Shown here: one piece after another, positions 36,302-45,709 of the stretch
Numbering within the stretch: the stretch's first letter is position 1
Layout of the letters: every line of letters starts with the position of its first letter
Source of the DNA: Clostridia bacterium
GTDB lineage: Bacteria > Bacillota > Clostridia > Oscillospirales > Acutalibacteraceae
Length of the DNA stretch: 64,000 nt
Assembly: GCA_900755895.1 (NCBI GenBank)
Contig: CAAEIG010000052.1
Coordinates: 26,268-90,267, forward strand
Direction of reading: 5' to 3'
Program-made: the position numbers and the translations under genes
The notes under the pieces: generated by a model
The model's input: only the letters and a program-made list of their open reading frames with translations
What the model was told of the DNA's origin: nothing
Database searches by the model: none

Positions 36302-36625
36302 TTAGACCTCCAAATAGGTCACCTGCAATGCCTGCGGATACTGTTCCTCCAGGCCTTGAAGGTGAAGCTTCAGTCCCAGGAGCAAGTCCCTGCAAAGGGA
36401 AACGTCCTTGGGTTCAACCCGAAAATACATCTCACCCTCGCTGGCTCGCAGTGAGAGCGGAGTAACATGAACCACCTCTGTAAGGGTGTTCACCGTCATA
36501 TAGGCGGCTGAGGAAATGGCAGCACATACAATGTCCTGGCCCTCTTCCCCCTGTCCTGCGTGGCCCTCCATCAGGAAGCCCTGGCAGGCGCCTTCCGGGT
36601 CGGTCAAAAAACGGACGCAGACCAT
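36302..36625 (-). CDS. prp: Ribosomal-processing cysteine protease Prp
   Basis: ~107-aa protein between rplU and rpmA with GHAG.GE...VCAA.S motifs ([20 protein letters not shown]). Confidence 0.8.
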   Translation of the reverse strand: MVCVRFLTDPEGACQGFLMEGHAGQGEEGQDIVCAAISSAAYMTVNTLTEVVHVTPLSLRASEGEMYFRVEPKDVSLCRDLLLGLKLHLQGLEEQYPQALQVTYLEV

Positions 36626-36628
36626 AAC

Positions 36629-36937
36629 TTAGGCCTTCACAGCCTCAATCTGCACCTTGGTGTAGGGCTGACGATGGCCCATCTTCCGCTTGGAGTTCTT
36701 CTTGGGCTTATAGGTGAACACGGTGATCTTCTTGGCCTTGCCGGTCTTGACCACCTTGCCGGTGACAGAAGCGCCCTCCACATAGGGGGTGCCGATCTTA
36801 GTGCCCTCTTCGCCGAACACGGCCACCACGGGGAATTCCACGGTGTCGTTCTCAGCGGCGTTCAGCTTCTCCACATAGATCACGTCGCCGTACTGCACTT
36901 TGTACTGCTTACCGCCGGTCTCGATGACTGCAAACAT
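36629..36937 (-). CDS. rplU: 50S ribosomal protein L21
   Basis: [25 protein letters not shown]... Confidence 0.9.
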   Translation of the reverse strand: MFAVIETGGKQYKVQYGDVIYVEKLNAAENDTVEFPVVAVFGEEGTKIGTPYVEGASVTGKVVKTGKAKKITVFTYKPKKNSKRKMGHRQPYTKVQIEAVKA

Positions 36938-37065
36938 TCTCTTTTCATCCTTTTCTTTGATCTCGCTGCTCTCGGGCGGAGCCTGAGCTCACTTGGAAAT
37001 GGGCAGAACTCACCCACAGCCCGCAACATGCGGCTTATACAGTGTACCATAAGGAATGCCGGAAG

Positions 37066-37326
37066 TCAAGAGATCCCTTTGGTTTTTGTCTGCTTTTTGG
37101 CGCTCACCAGCACTTGGACTCCTTCTCCATCCTGGGTGCGCACTGCATGAATGGTCTCCTTCCGGTTATACACAGCCAAAATCAAGGAAAGAACCACGTT
37201 CAACAGGGTGACACAACCCAGCAGCAGCTTTCCTCCATTCATCCGACGAGGCCGGTGTTTGGCATACACCCTGCCAGCTCCGGCACAACCTTGGCTGCCA
37301 GGGGGCAGATCCCATGGTTTTTTCAT
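37066..37326 (-). CDS. Small single-pass membrane protein (hypothetical)
   Basis: MKKPWDLPPG... then a hydrophobic helix LLLGCVTLLNVVLSLILAVY. Its ATG overlaps the stop of the upstream P-loop gene (ATGA coupling). Confidence 0.4.
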   Translation of the reverse strand: MKKPWDLPPGSQGCAGAGRVYAKHRPRRMNGGKLLLGCVTLLNVVLSLILAVYNRKETIHAVRTQDGEGVQVLVSAKKQTKTKGIS

Positions 37327-37859
37327 TGGGCGCTCCTTTCTCCCTTCATCTCCTGCAAAATCCACCGGTGAATCTCTTGCGCTGTTTCCTCAGGAGTGAG
37401 GCTGGTGGTATCCAGCAGACCCATCGGAGGGGTCGTTGTTCCGGCATTGTCCCGAAGCCAACTGTTGAAATCCACGGAAGAGGAGGCCCAGGCAGGGTCC
37501 GTAACCCCTCGGCGGGCCACTCGCTGGCGAAGCGCCTCTTCCTGGCAGACAAGAGCCAAATAGTGCAGGCTGGAAAAGAGCTCCCGTTCCGGACGGTTTT
37601 CCAATTGCTCCGGCACACAGCAGCCGCACAGCACCACCGGCTTCCCGCCTTGGGCAATATTGGCGCACAACCGCATCCACAGGCTGCGGTAAGGGGCATA
37701 GAGATTTTCCGAGGTATTCCAGCGTTCCTCCCAAAGGAGATCACTTTCCAGCACCAGATAGTCCTGCTCCCGTTGAAATAGCAGCTGGCAAGCGGTGGAT
37801 TTTCCCACGCAGGAAGCTCCAGTCACCAGAAATAGGGGCAATCGTTTTGTCGGCTCCAC
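37323..37859 (-). CDS. P-loop NTPase, small-molecule kinase-like (chloramphenicol-phosphotransferase / AAA_33-like)
   Basis: Walker A LFLVTGASCVGKST near the N-terminus of a 178-aa protein, with an acidic DYLVLESDLLW segment following. Confidence 0.5.
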   Translation of the reverse strand: MEPTKRLPLFLVTGASCVGKSTACQLLFQREQDYLVLESDLLWEERWNTSENLYAPYRSLWMRLCANIAQGGKPVVLCGCCVPEQLENRPERELFSSLHYLALVCQEEALRQRVARRGVTDPAWASSSVDFNSWLRDNAGTTTPPMGLLDTTSLTPEETAQEIHRWILQEMKGERSAQ

Positions 37860-37874
37860 AGGGACACTCCCCTT

Positions 37875-38294
37875 TTACTTTTTGTACTCCTGCTCACAGT
37901 ACTGGCAGCGGTAGCGGTGAGCTTCCTCGTCGCAGAGAACAAACACCTGATCCACATGCTCCACCGAAGTGATACAACGGGGATTCTTGCAGGATACCAC
38001 GTTCACCAGCTGTTTGGGCAGGGGCGGCTTTTTCTTGCTGACCAGCTTTCCCTCCACTATGGTGGACACCGTGGCGTTGTCGTCAATAAAGCCCAGCACG
38101 TCCAAGTCGATATTCATGACGCCGTCAATTTTGATGATGTCTTTTTTGCCATATTTCGTGCTGCGGGCATTCTTGATGATGGACACACAGGTATCCAGCT
38201 TGTCCAGCTCCAGCAGCTCATAGATGCGCATGCCCAGGCCTGCGGTAATATGGTCGATTACAATGCCGTTTTCGATGCTGTCAATATTAAGCAT
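37875..38294 (-). CDS. pyrI: Aspartate carbamoyltransferase regulatory subunit
   Basis: Allosteric-domain start MLNIDSIENGIVIDHI... and C-terminal Zn-domain CKNPRCIT...CQYCE. Confidence 0.9.
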   Translation of the reverse strand: MLNIDSIENGIVIDHITAGLGMRIYELLELDKLDTCVSIIKNARSTKYGKKDIIKIDGVMNIDLDVLGFIDDNATVSTIVEGKLVSKKKPPLPKQLVNVVSCKNPRCITSVEHVDQVFVLCDEEAHRYRCQYCEQEYKK

Positions 38295-38308
38295 AGTTTG
38301 CCCTCCTT

Positions 38309-39244
38309 TTATTCACAGTCCAAAACCCCGGGGGCCAGACCCAACAGGGTAAGGATCAATGCCATGCGGACAAACACGCCTCCACGGGCCTGCTCAAAGT
38401 ACATGGCACGGGGATCGTTGTCCACCTCGGGGGCAATCTCGTTGACTCTGGGCAGGGGATGCAGCACTGCCAATTCCGCCTTGCCAAGATCCAGTTTCTT
38501 CTGGGTCAACACGTAGGAATCTTTCAACCGGACGTAGTCTTCCTCGTTGAAAAAGCGCTCTCGCTGAACTCGCGTCATGTAGAGGATATCCAGCTCAGGC
38601 ATGACCTCTTCCATGGTGCGCACCTCACGCCAGGGATGGCCGGAGGGAATCACCACTTCTTTCAGGATATAGCTGGGCACCCGCAGCTCCTCAGGAGAGA
38701 TGAAGATGAAGTTTACATCCTCATACCGCACCAGGGATTTAATCAGGGAATGCACGGTGCGTCCAAATTTCAAGTCGCCGCACAGGCCGATGGTCACCCC
38801 GTTGATCTTTCCCCGCTTCCGGCGAATGGTCAGCATATCCGCCAAAGTCTGGGTGGGATGCTGATGGCCGCCATCACCGGCGTTGATCACAGGAATCTTG
38901 GAGTAGCGGGACGCAACATAGGGACCGCCCTCCTTGGAGTGCCGCATGGCAGCAATGTCCGCATAGCTTGAGATCATGCGGATAGTATCGGCAACGCTCT
39001 CGCCCTTGGTGGCAGAGCTGCTGTCCGCTGAGGCAAACCCCAACACTTTGCCGCCCAAGCGCATCATCGCTGACTCAAAGCTCAAGCGGGTACGGGTGCT
39101 GGGCTCATAAAACAACGTGGCCAGAATCTTCCCATCACAGGCGTGGGCGTAATCCTGGGGCCGGGCGAGAATCTCCTCCGCCAGAGAGAGCAAACGGTCT
39201 GTCTCCTCTCTGGAAAAATCCATCGGGTCAATCAGGTGTCGCAT
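38309..39244 (-). CDS. pyrB: Aspartate carbamoyltransferase catalytic subunit
   Basis: [19 protein letters not shown] (carbamoyl-phosphate-binding STRTR) and HPLP motifs. 311 aa. Confidence 0.9.
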   Translation of the reverse strand: MRHLIDPMDFSREETDRLLSLAEEILARPQDYAHACDGKILATLFYEPSTRTRLSFESAMMRLGGKVLGFASADSSSATKGESVADTIRMISSYADIAAMRHSKEGGPYVASRYSKIPVINAGDGGHQHPTQTLADMLTIRRKRGKINGVTIGLCGDLKFGRTVHSLIKSLVRYEDVNFIFISPEELRVPSYILKEVVIPSGHPWREVRTMEEVMPELDILYMTRVQRERFFNEEDYVRLKDSYVLTQKKLDLGKAELAVLHPLPRVNEIAPEVDNDPRAMYFEQARGGVFVRMALILTLLGLAPGVLDCE

Positions 39245-39349
39245 AACATTCCCCTTTTCCTTTCGATTTTATTTTCATTATAACCCTAAGCGGGAAATAT
39301 GCAAGAAAAAAGAACCATTCTTCCAGCAGGGCGATACCCCACAGAAAAC

Positions 39350-39392
39350 AAACTTGGACATAGAAAAGGCGCTGGAGAAGTGATTCTCCGGC
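39350..39392 (-). terminator. Terminator of yebC
   Basis: gcgccggagaatcacttctccagcgcc followed by ttttct on the minus strand. Confidence 0.55.
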
Positions 39393-39407
39393 GCTTTTTC
39401 ATGAAGT

Positions 39408-40154
39408 TTATTCCTCTTCTTCCTCTTCGGGAGCGTCCCAGTTGTGCCAGACGTTCTGCACGTCGTCGTTGTCCTCCAGGAGATCCAGCATCTTCTGCAT
39501 CTTGGTGATGGTGTCCTCGTCCTCAATCTTGGTGTAAGTATCGGGAACCATCTCCACCTCGGCGGAAACGAACTCGTAGCCCTTCTGCTCCAGGTCCTCA
39601 CGAACGCCGCTGAAATCAGCGGGCTCAGTGGAAATCTCAAAGACATCTTCGTCGGCGGCAAAATCAGAAGCACCTGCCTCCAATGCGTCGGTCATCACAG
39701 TGTCCTCATCCAGGCCCTCGCGCTCGATCACAATGACGCCCTTCTTATTGAACATAAAGGACACGCAACCCGTAGTGCCCAGGTTACCGCCAAATTTATC
39801 AAAAGCGTGGCGCACATCTGCGGCGGTACGGTTCCGGTTATCGGTCAAAGCCTCCACAATCACGGCTACGCCGCTGGGGCCATACCCTTCGTAGGTGACG
39901 TTTTCATAATTGTCATTGCTGCCTTCGCCAGCAGCCTTCTTAATAATACGATCAATGTTGTCATTGGGGACGTTTGCAGCCTTTGCCTTGGCAATGGCAT
40001 CCCGCAGACGGGAGTTCGCAGCAGGATCTGCGCTGCCGCCCTCTTTTACGGCCACAGCCAACTCACGGCCGATTTTAGTAAAAATCTTCGCCTTGGCGCC
40101 ATCGGCCTTTTCCTTTTTCCGTTTGATGTTGTTCCATTTAGAATGTCCTGACAT
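39408..40154 (-). CDS. yebC: YebC/PmpR-family transcriptional regulator
   Basis: [40 protein letters not shown]... Confidence 0.85.
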   Translation of the reverse strand: MSGHSKWNNIKRKKEKADGAKAKIFTKIGRELAVAVKEGGSADPAANSRLRDAIAKAKAANVPNDNIDRIIKKAAGEGSNDNYENVTYEGYGPSGVAVIVEALTDNRNRTAADVRHAFDKFGGNLGTTGCVSFMFNKKGVIVIEREGLDEDTVMTDALEAGASDFAADEDVFEISTEPADFSGVREDLEQKGYEFVSAEVEMVPDTYTKIEDEDTITKMQKMLDLLEDNDDVQNVWHNWDAPEEEEEE

Positions 40155-40198
40155 GATTCAACCGCCTATCCAAACTAGAGTTTCTTTTCGGTATTCTA

Positions 40199-40786
40199 TC
40201 ACATTTTTTGCAGGATTTCAAGAGCGATTGCCTCAGCGTTCTCCTGAGTCTCCCGCCAACGCTCCTCGCCCAGGTCGGTCCCCTCCCACACAGCACAGCC
40301 GGACAGGGTGGTGTTCATCACCGAGAATGCCCGCTCCAGCTGATGGGAACAGACCTCCACGCCAAAGCTCTCCTGGGATCCCATGGTCAAGAGCAGCACG
40401 GCCTCCCGGTGCTTTTTGATAGGTGGCCGTTTGCCCAAAGAAAAACGCGCCTCAAAATACCGCTGGGTCCGATCCAGCCAGGCCTTCACTGGTGCTGGAA
40501 AGGAATAATTGTAAACAGGGCTGGCCACCACCAGCAGGTCACATTTGCGCAGGGCTTTGTCCAAGGGGTCCAGGTCCTCAAAGGCGCAGGACTCCTCCTT
40601 GGCGCAAGCCCCGCAACCAGTACAGGGGTGGGGAGAGAGTTCATAAAGATCCACCTGCTCCACCTCCCAGTCGTGATTCTCCCGGAAGGGATGGAGAAAC
40701 GCCTCCAACAGCCGATGGGTGTGCCCGTGGCCGTGAGGGGATCCAAACAGCACCAACAGTCTCTTCTTTTGGGAAAACAAGGACAT
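40199..40786 (-). CDS. Iron-sulfur flavoprotein (Isf) / NAD(P)H-dependent FMN reductase family
   Basis: Flavodoxin-like LLVLFGSPHGHGHT plus the compact Isf cysteine motif CTGCGACAKEESC (Cx2Cx2Cx5C). Confidence 0.6.
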   Translation of the reverse strand: MSLFSQKKRLLVLFGSPHGHGHTHRLLEAFLHPFRENHDWEVEQVDLYELSPHPCTGCGACAKEESCAFEDLDPLDKALRKCDLLVVASPVYNYSFPAPVKAWLDRTQRYFEARFSLGKRPPIKKHREAVLLLTMGSQESFGVEVCSHQLERAFSVMNTTLSGCAVWEGTDLGEERWRETQENAEAIALEILQKM

Positions 40787-40821
40787 GGAACCACCACCTT
40801 CCGAAATTGCTCAGGACAGCC

Positions 40822-41385
40822 TCAACCCAGGATGCCCAAGTGCTCCAACAGGATCTTCAGTCCCATGAGGACCAAAATGACGCCGCCCACCAATTCTGCC
40901 TTACTCTTATACTTGGCGCCAAACAGGCTGCCCACTTTGACTCCCACCATGGAGAGCACAAAGGTGATGCATCCAATAAAGCTCACTGCAGCACCGATAT
41001 TCACACTCAAAAAGGCAAATCCGACACCCACAGCCAGGGCATCGATGCTGGTTGCAATTGCCATGGGAAGCATGGCCTTGACCGACAGAGATGCATCGGG
41101 ACATTCCTCCTCCTTGGAGAGGGACTCCCGAATCATGTTGCCGCCGATAATCGCCAGCAAGCCAAAGGCGATCCAGTGGTCGATGGCAGTGATCTGGGCG
41201 CGAAACTGCACCCCCACAAAATACCCCAACAGGGGCATCAGTGCCTGAAATCCACCAAACCACAGGCCCACCAGGGCCATCTGACCCACATTCACCTTTC
41301 TAAGAGCCAGACCCTTACATACCGCCACGGCAAAGGCGTCCATAGAAAGTCCTACCGCCACCAGGAATAATTCCAGCAAACCCAT
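40822..41385 (-). CDS. mntP: Manganese efflux pump MntP
   Basis: Two DUF204 repeats, each with SxDA ([11 protein letters not shown] and [11 protein letters not shown]). 187 aa, 6 TM. Confidence 0.85.
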   Translation of the reverse strand: MGLLELFLVAVGLSMDAFAVAVCKGLALRKVNVGQMALVGLWFGGFQALMPLLGYFVGVQFRAQITAIDHWIAFGLLAIIGGNMIRESLSKEEECPDASLSVKAMLPMAIATSIDALAVGVGFAFLSVNIGAAVSFIGCITFVLSMVGVKVGSLFGAKYKSKAELVGGVILVLMGLKILLEHLGILG

Positions 41386-41409
41386 TGTTTTTACCCTCCA
41401 AACTGATTT

Positions 41410-41602
41410 TCTCTGTGCTCTCCGCGCATGAAAAAAGACTCGCGGAAAACACCCCGTCCTTGTTTTTGACAGGCATTTTCCATGAGTCTCGTTTTTTCAG
41501 GCAATACCAGATCCTTCGACCAATGTGTTGACATTGCCGCGGCTGTGCCGCAAACTACTCCCCCATGTGATATCGGCGCTGGCCGACATGGCTTAGATTA
41601 TA
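41410..41602 (-). ncRNA. yybP-ykoY (Mn2+) riboswitch, with its sigma-A promoter, in the mntP leader
   Basis: Minus strand has TTGACT-18-TATAAT (41597-41626), then GGGGGAGTAG (41555-41564) and CAATGTCAACACA. These are the two hallmark conserved segments of the yybP-ykoY class. A hairpin plus U-run lies just before the mntP RBS GAGGGTAAAA. Confidence 0.6.
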
Positions 41603-41654
41603 GCCCACATTGGGGCAGTAAGTCAAGGCAAACATAGAGGAGAGCTCTCCTGCG

Positions 41655-43919
41655 TCACAGCTTCCAGATATCCCGGTTGTACTCCGCGATGGATCGGTCT
41701 GAAGAGAAATACCCGGCCTTGGCAATGTTGATGAGCATCTTCTTCGCCCAGGCCTTTCGATCCTCAAACTCTTCCAGCACACGCTCCTTGGTGCGGATGT
41801 AGTCTTTCACGTCCAGCAGCGCCATGAACCAATCCTTGCGCGTCATGTCCTTGTACAGGCGGGCCAGATTTTCCGGGTCCCCCAGACGCATCATCTCAGG
41901 GCTGATGATAAAGTCCACCAGGTCCGTGATCTCCGGATCCTTGCCGTAGTACTCCCAGGGATGGTAGGCGCTCTTTTCATAAAGCTCCATCACCGTCTCG
42001 CTGGACTGGCCGAAGATATAGACATTCTCCTCCCCTGCCAGGTCGTGGATCTCCACATTGGCGCCATCCATGGTGCCCAGGGTCACGGCGCCGTTGAGCA
42101 TAAACTTCATATTACTGGTGCCGCTGGCCTCTTTGGAAGCCAAGGAAATCTGCTCGGAAATGTCACAGGCGGGGATCAATTTCTGGGCCCAAGTGACGTT
42201 GTAGTTTTCCACCATGTGCACCTTCAGCCAGGGGCTGACCTCCGGGTCCTTGGAGATAAATTCCTGCAGGCACAGCAGCAAATGAATGATGTCCTTGGCG
42301 ATGATATAAGCAGGCGCGGCCTTGGCACCAAACAGCAGCGTAATGGGACGCTTGGGCTTGTGGCCGGCTTTGATCTGCTTGTATTTCCAGATGATATACA
42401 GGGCATTCATCTGCTGGCGTTTATACTCGTGAAGACGCTTGATCTGAATGTCGAACACTGAGTTCTCATCCAGCTCCACGCCTTCTTGCTCCTTCAAGTA
42501 AGCACACAGGGCATGTTTCTTCTCCTGCTTGATTGCCAGGAGTTCCTCCAATGCTTTGGGGTCGTCCTGGTAGGGCAGGAGTTTTTCCAGCTCTCCGGCG
42601 TCCTTTTTCCAACCGGAACCAATGCGGTCGGTGATAAACTGAGCCAAGTCCGGATTGCAATGAAGCAGCCACCGCCGGAAGGTGATGCCGTTGGTCTTGT
42701 TGTTGAACTTTTCCGGGTAGATATCCGCAAAAGCTTTCAGCTCAGATTTCTCCAGAATCTCCGTATGGAGACTGGCTACGCCGTTGACGGAAAAGCCATA
42801 GTGAATGTCCATGTGGGCCATGTGAACCAGGTCGTTCTTGTCGATGATGGCCAGCTTCTCCTGGGGATACTTCTCCTGCACCCGGTCGCTGAGCTCCCGG
42901 ATAATGGGCACCAAGCCGGGAACAGCCTCCTCCAGGTAATCCAGGGGCCATTTCTCCAAGGCCTCCGCCAGAATGGTGTGGTTGGTATAGGCGCAGGTTT
43001 TGCTCACGGTGTCAATGGCGTCATCCAAGCTGACTCCCCGCTGCGTCAACAGACGGATCAGCTCCGGAATGACCATGGAGGGATGGGTGTCGTTGATCTG
43101 AACGACCGCATACTTGTGCAGGTCTTTCAGAGGATGCCCCGCCTCCTCCAGCTCCTTGAGGATCAGCTGGGCCGCGCTGCTGACCATGAAGTACTGCTGG
43201 TACACCCGCAAAAGCCTGCCTGCACGGTCACTGTCGTCGGGATAGAGGAACAGCGTCAGATTGTGAAGAATATCACTCTTGTCAAAGTCGATGCCCTGCT
43301 GCACCAAGTCCTCATCCACAGTTTCCAGGTCAAACAGATGCAGCTTATTGACCCCGTTCTCATAGCCGGAGACGTAGAGGTCGTACATCACCGCCTTGGC
43401 ACTCCCCTGAGGGAAGGGAACCTCAAAGGACACCTTCGTCTTTTCCAGCCAGCTCTTGGAAGACAGCCAAACATCCGGTTTCTCCTGCTGCTTGTGATCC
43501 TCAAAGCACTGCTTGAACAGGCCGAAATGATACAGAAGCCCAACGCCATCACCGGGTAGTCCCAGGGTGGCGATGGAGTCCAAATAGCAAGCGGCCAGTC
43601 GGCCCAGGCCGCCGTTGCCCAGGGAGGGCTCTGTCTCCTGCTCCTCGATTTTTTCCAGGTCCTTGCCAGCTTCGGCCAGGGCCGCCTTTACCTCATCGTA
43701 GATCCCCAAGTTAATCAAGTTGTTGGAGAGCAGCTTTCCCACCAGGAATTCCGCGGAGATGTAGTAGAGCTTCCGCTCCCCGGTGATTCTGGGCGCTGCC
43801 TGCAGCCGGTCCTGAACCACCTCCAACAGGGCCAGATACGTCTCCTGATCGCTTGCAGCCAACAGGCCCTTGGAAAACCGCAGGCCCACCTTCTGTTCCA
43901 ATTCGTCACGCATCCGCAT
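41655..43919 (-). CDS. glgP: Glycogen/maltodextrin phosphorylase (GT35)
   Basis: 754 aa. [19 protein letters not shown] and the PLP-lysine region. Confidence 0.9.
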   Translation of the reverse strand: MRMRDELEQKVGLRFSKGLLAASDQETYLALLEVVQDRLQAAPRITGERKLYYISAEFLVGKLLSNNLINLGIYDEVKAALAEAGKDLEKIEEQETEPSLGNGGLGRLAACYLDSIATLGLPGDGVGLLYHFGLFKQCFEDHKQQEKPDVWLSSKSWLEKTKVSFEVPFPQGSAKAVMYDLYVSGYENGVNKLHLFDLETVDEDLVQQGIDFDKSDILHNLTLFLYPDDSDRAGRLLRVYQQYFMVSSAAQLILKELEEAGHPLKDLHKYAVVQINDTHPSMVIPELIRLLTQRGVSLDDAIDTVSKTCAYTNHTILAEALEKWPLDYLEEAVPGLVPIIRELSDRVQEKYPQEKLAIIDKNDLVHMAHMDIHYGFSVNGVASLHTEILEKSELKAFADIYPEKFNNKTNGITFRRWLLHCNPDLAQFITDRIGSGWKKDAGELEKLLPYQDDPKALEELLAIKQEKKHALCAYLKEQEGVELDENSVFDIQIKRLHEYKRQQMNALYIIWKYKQIKAGHKPKRPITLLFGAKAAPAYIIAKDIIHLLLCLQEFISKDPEVSPWLKVHMVENYNVTWAQKLIPACDISEQISLASKEASGTSNMKFMLNGAVTLGTMDGANVEIHDLAGEENVYIFGQSSETVMELYEKSAYHPWEYYGKDPEITDLVDFIISPEMMRLGDPENLARLYKDMTRKDWFMALLDVKDYIRTKERVLEEFEDRKAWAKKMLINIAKAGYFSSDRSIAEYNRDIWKL

Positions 43920-45432
43920 GTTTGCTTCCTCCTAACTCCCGGGCACGACCGTAAATCGTGGTGAGCCGGGCCATCTTCTTTGCCAGCTTCTTGGTGGCGC
44001 AATCCTTCGCCATGCGCCACTGCCAGTTGGTGCCTCCCACAGTGGAAGGAGTGTTAATCCTGGCTTCGCTTCCCAAGCCCAGATAGTCCTGGAAGGGCAC
44101 CACCGCCAGGTCTGCCACACTTCCCAACGCTGCGCGGATAAAGGCCCAACAGCCGTCTTTGGGGTTCTCCAGCCCCAGGTAATCCAGGGCCAACTGCAGA
44201 TCCTCCTCAGAGGCAGAGTCCAGCCAGCCACGGGTGGTATCGTTGTCGTGGGTACCTGTATAGACCACACAGTGGGTGGGCAGGTTGTGGGGCAGATAGG
44301 TACTCTCCTCGCTGGCACTGAAGGCAAATTGCAGCACCTTCATCCCCGGATAGCCACTGCTCTTGAGCAGCCGGTGCACTGCCGGAGTCAGCATGCCCAG
44401 ATCCTCAGCGATGATGGCAGCACCCTCCACCGCAGTATTGACCGCTTTGATGAAATCCATGCCTGGACCTTTGCACCAGCGTCCGTTAATAGCGGTTTCC
44501 TCCCCGTAGGGGATGGCATAATAGCTCTCCAGACCTCGGAAGTGGTCAATTCGCAGCACGTCATACATGGAGAGGTTTGCCTTGATCCGCGCCATCCACC
44601 AGGCATAGCCGTCCTTCTTCATCACGTCCCAACGGTAGAGGGGGTTCCCCCACAGCTGGCCATCGGCGGAAAAGGCGTCCGGCGGGCACCCGGAAACCTC
44701 CGTGGGCACGTTGTCCTCATCCAGCTGGAACAGCTCCGGGTGAGCCCAGACATCTGCGCTGTCCAGCGCCACATAGATGGGGGCATCCCCGATGATCTTC
44801 ACACCCTTGCTGTTGGCATAGGACTTCAACGCGTACCACTGACGGAACAACAGGAACTGAGTGAACACGTGATAGTCCACGTCCCCAGCCAGGCGCTGGC
44901 GCCACTCCTTCAGTACAGCCGGATCCCGCAGGCGCAGACCATCCTCCCACTGCGTCCAGGGCTTGCCGTCTTTCTGGGATTTCAGTGCCATGTACAGGGC
45001 GTAATCCTCCACCCAGCTCTTATTGGCCCGGCGGAACTTCTCCAAAGCCTTGCGGTCGGTGAAGTTTTCATAGGCTCGGCGCAGAAGCTTTTCCTTGCCC
45101 TCCCGCACCAGGTCATAGTTCACATGGAAGGGGTCCTCCCCCCAATCCGTGCGCTTACACCTGCCTTTTTTCAACAAGCCCTCCTCACAGAGCTCCTGCA
45201 GGTCGATAAAGAGAGGATTCCCCGCAAAAGCTGAGTAGCTCTGGTACGGGCTGTCTCCAAAGCTGGTGGGCCCCAAGGGCAGCACCTGCCAATAGCGCTG
45301 CTTTGCCCGGGAGAGAAAATCCACCCACTCCCTGGCAGCAGGGCCAAAGGTTCCTATGCCATATTTGGATGGCAGGCTGCTGACGGGCAATAGCACCCCC
45401 GCCGCCCGCTGCATCCAGGTCTTCCGCGCCAT
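43906..45432 (-). CDS. malQ: 4-alpha-glucanotransferase (amylomaltase, GH77)
   Basis: [20 protein letters not shown]...[32 protein letters not shown]. Start at MARKTW (45432, AGGAG RBS). 3' end overlaps the glgP start by 14 nt. Confidence 0.85.
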   Translation of the reverse strand: MARKTWMQRAAGVLLPVSSLPSKYGIGTFGPAAREWVDFLSRAKQRYWQVLPLGPTSFGDSPYQSYSAFAGNPLFIDLQELCEEGLLKKGRCKRTDWGEDPFHVNYDLVREGKEKLLRRAYENFTDRKALEKFRRANKSWVEDYALYMALKSQKDGKPWTQWEDGLRLRDPAVLKEWRQRLAGDVDYHVFTQFLLFRQWYALKSYANSKGVKIIGDAPIYVALDSADVWAHPELFQLDEDNVPTEVSGCPPDAFSADGQLWGNPLYRWDVMKKDGYAWWMARIKANLSMYDVLRIDHFRGLESYYAIPYGEETAINGRWCKGPGMDFIKAVNTAVEGAAIIAEDLGMLTPAVHRLLKSSGYPGMKVLQFAFSASEESTYLPHNLPTHCVVYTGTHDNDTTRGWLDSASEEDLQLALDYLGLENPKDGCWAFIRAALGSVADLAVVPFQDYLGLGSEARINTPSTVGGTNWQWRMAKDCATKKLAKKMARLTTIYGRARELGGSKHADA

Positions 45433-45709
45433 AGATAACGCTCCTTTCCCAAAGAACGGAGACGGAGTTGCCCCGCCTCCGGTTTTCTCTTGGCTTAGTA
45501 TAGCACCTCTTAGGGAATTTTCGCAAGCTGAATTTGGGCGAACCAACCAAAAAAGTTAAAATACACAGAAGATAATTTATAAATTCGTCGTTTTGATCCC
45601 CAAAAAAACCATTCACCGCGCCTCCAACACTACCGCTTTTCCTTGCCCCCGTTTTCTGCTATACTATATGGAAGACCGACAAACGATCATGACAGAAAAG
45701 AGGAACGTT

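Noticed and set aside
40208-41370. Two long + ORFs (346 and 315 aa)
   Set aside because: Antisense to the Isf-like gene and mntP. Pro/Arg/Gly-rich artefacts.
42486-43559. 357-aa + ORF
   Set aside because: Antisense inside glgP.
44248-45234. 328-aa + ORF
   Set aside because: Antisense inside malQ.
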